From: Azolla caroliniana
Lineage: Eukaryota > Plantae > Polypodiophyta
DNA length: 64,000 nucleotides
Reading direction: 5' to 3'
Assembly: GCA_043228905.1 (NCBI GenBank)
Contig: JBHGNT010000007.1
Location: forward strand, 20,088,001-20,152,000
The position numbers and the translations under genes are program-made. Each line of letters starts with the position of its first letter. The stretch's first letter is position 1. Of this stretch, positions 61,779-64,000 are shown piece after piece. The notes beneath the pieces are model-generated. The model did not search any database and was not told the origin of the DNA. It worked only from the letters and a program-made list of their open reading frames with translations.

Positions 61779-64000
61779 ACAGGAAGAAAACTCTCAGAGC
61801 AAAACATGTACGAATCGGTCCAGATGGGGCATCTACGTACACGACCGTAACCGGAGGATTGAAGAAAGGATACCGACAAGTGGAGGATAAGTTGCGGTCG
61901 GCATCAATAATAAAAGAAGATGAAGAAATCATGGGGATAGTCGAAGAAGTGTTCTATGGGAGCACACTACAACGACTTGAAGAGCTTGTGGAAGATAAAA
62001 GCCAAGGGAACCGGGTAGTCCCGGTGGAATCGGTCGAGATGTACGAGATCATTGCGAGAATGGAGCCGGATACGCTCCGCAAAGAAGAAGCAATGGTAAG
62101 TACGAAATACAAGACCGTGGAGAAGAAGGTGAAACCGGCCGCGGGACCACTACCCGCCGATAGCGAACAAAAGAGGAAAGAAGTCTCGGGAGATCCGACA
62201 CTTCGGAAGTCCGTGGATATCGGACATGCCTTCACGGATGAGACCCGGAAGAAACTTCGGATCGGTGGAGGTGGGTTCCTATTACAAAAAGAAGAAGAAC
62301 GGTTTCGCGAGATGTTGGAGCAACACGGCAAAGCGTTTGCATTTACATCAAGGGAGATAGGGTGCGTCGATCCGAGAGTAGTGGAGCCGATGGTGATCTT
62401 CACGATTGACCATGTACCGTGGAACCTGAAGCCGATTCCGGTGCCACAAGCGCATATTCCGAAAGTCATTGACTTGCTCAAGGAGAAGGTGGCGATGGGG
62501 ATTCTAGAGCCATCAACTGCTCCGTACTCAAATCGATGGTTTACGGTTCCGAAGAAGAATGGGTCACTCCGATTTATCCAAGACTTGCAACCGGTGAATA
62601 AGGTCACGATCCGGAACTCGGGAGTCGGTCCGATAGTGGACGAATTTGCGGAAGCTTTTGCCGGTCGTGCGATATACTCCATCGGAGACCTATACTCGGG
62701 GTATGACCAATTCCAACTAGCCGTGGAGAGCCGAGACATCACAACCATGCGAACACCGATAGGATTAGTCCGAATGTGCACACTACCACAAGGAGTGACA
62801 AACTCGGTTGCTCATATGATGAATGCGATGAACAAGGTGCTTCGAGACTGCATTCTGGAGATAACGATGCCGTTCCTCGATGACATTCCGATGAAAGGAT
62901 GCGCGGTAGACGAAAAAGATGAGACTATGGATGATCGGGGATGCCGAAAGTTCGTGGTTGACCATATTCATGATTGCGAGAAAGTGTTGCGAAAGCTAGA
63001 AGATGTGCACCTAACACTTTCCGGGGAGAAATCGGCATTCGGGCAAGAAGAAATATTGGTGGTCGGACATCTATGTGGGCCCTACGGTCGAAGACCGTCA
63101 CCAACAAAGATCGATGCGATTCAAGCTATGGAGGAAGTATGCGAGTCAACATCCAAAGTCCGAAGGTTTCTCGGTGCATGTGCATTCTATCACATATGGA
63201 TTCCGCACTATGCACATATAGCGGACCCGCTCTACCACTTGTTGCGGAAAGGTAAGAAATTCGAATGGAAACCGGAACACACCAAAGCCATGAAGAAATT
63301 GAAGAAGACACTTCGGAGGGCGGAAGCACTTAAGAAGCCGAGCTACGACCGACCGATCATAGTAACGGTTGATACAAGTCCAACCGGTATCGGGTGGGTC
63401 ATCAATCAAGCCGACTCGGATGGTTCGCGGTATCCGATCCGATTCGGAGCAAAGGTTCTCAACGAAAGGCAATGTGGATATGCACAAGTCAAAAGAGAAC
63501 TGTGGGGAGTCGTGTCGGCGATAAAATCGGATCGGGATTATTTGATCGGAGCCGAAGTGGTGATCGAGACGGATTGTCTTTCGATACTCGGGATGATGCG
63601 GTGTTGTATGATACCGGATGTAGCTATGCTAAGGTGGGTTGCATATGTCAAGTCGCTTAATCCGGAGGTTCAACACATCTCGGGGAAGGACAACGCGGTA
63701 GCGGATATGTTATCAAGGGCTCGGTTCGGAGACGACATAACTGAATCGGATAATGAAGAAGTTTCCAAAGACTACTTCGCGTCGGAGCACATATGCCGAG
63801 TGAACGTAATCTGAGAATTCCGGGAAGAAGAATACGAGGGAGAAAGCTTGATGATCGGAAAGATGTTACAAGAGGCCGAGGATTCAACAAACGATAAAGG
63901 AAGAAGAGCTGAGATCCGAAGGAAGAAGAGGCAAGTCCAAAAGTTCTTCTTGGAAAACGGATTAATATGGAGGGCGCCGAAAAGACCGGATGGTATACCA
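61721..64000 (+). pseudogene. Gypsy-2 pol (RT, RNase H; stop at 63812, frame continues toward integrase)
   Basis: PYSNRWFTVPKKNGSLRFIQDLQPVN, DLYSGYDQ, LPQGVTNS, FLDDI, RFLGAC, VDTSPTGIGW, VIETDC, NAVADMLSR. Confidence 0.92.

Larger units (their letters stand above)
53397..64000 (+). mobile_element. Ty3/Gypsy element (Gypsy-2), tRNA-Trp primed; 5' LTR 53397-54100; interrupted by Copia-2; runs off the window
   Basis: LTR termini TGTCGT...ACGACA; PBS TGGTGAACCCGACGTGAA at 54105-54122, complementary to the plant tRNA-Trp 3' end as I recall it; gag-PR-RT-RH order. Confidence 0.9.

Noticed and set aside
55811-62781. Many antisense or overlapping ORFs of 100-275 aa in Copia-2 and Gypsy-2
   Set aside because: Expected shadow ORFs in GC-rich coding DNA; no recognisable domains.

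Overview
Plant nuclear DNA; a fern or other non-seed land plant is my inference from the retroelement types. The left part (1-27 kb) holds two intact five-exon minus-strand genes, an IQ67-domain (IQD) gene and a SHOU4/At1g16860-like membrane protein gene, separated by decayed AT-rich DNA. From ~29 kb on is a retroelement nest, most of it resolved by target-site duplications (TSDs). It contains a 5'-truncated LINE, and a LINE sitting in a (GA)n tract that hosts a Copia, which in turn hosts an intact full-length LINE and a solo LTR. Further right are a second solo LTR and a Gypsy hosting another Gypsy, which hosts a very young intact Tnt1-like Copia. The most striking signal is a complete retrovirus-style -1 ribosomal frameshift cassette (GGATTTT, 5-nt spacer, H-type pseudoknot) joining gag-protease to RT in the tRNA-Trp-primed Gypsy. 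Also notable: possible (GA)n targeting by a LINE, a tRNA-like segment inside an LTR, strong CCGG enrichment, and an intronic array built from a 3' splice site. All coordinates and counts were made by eye.
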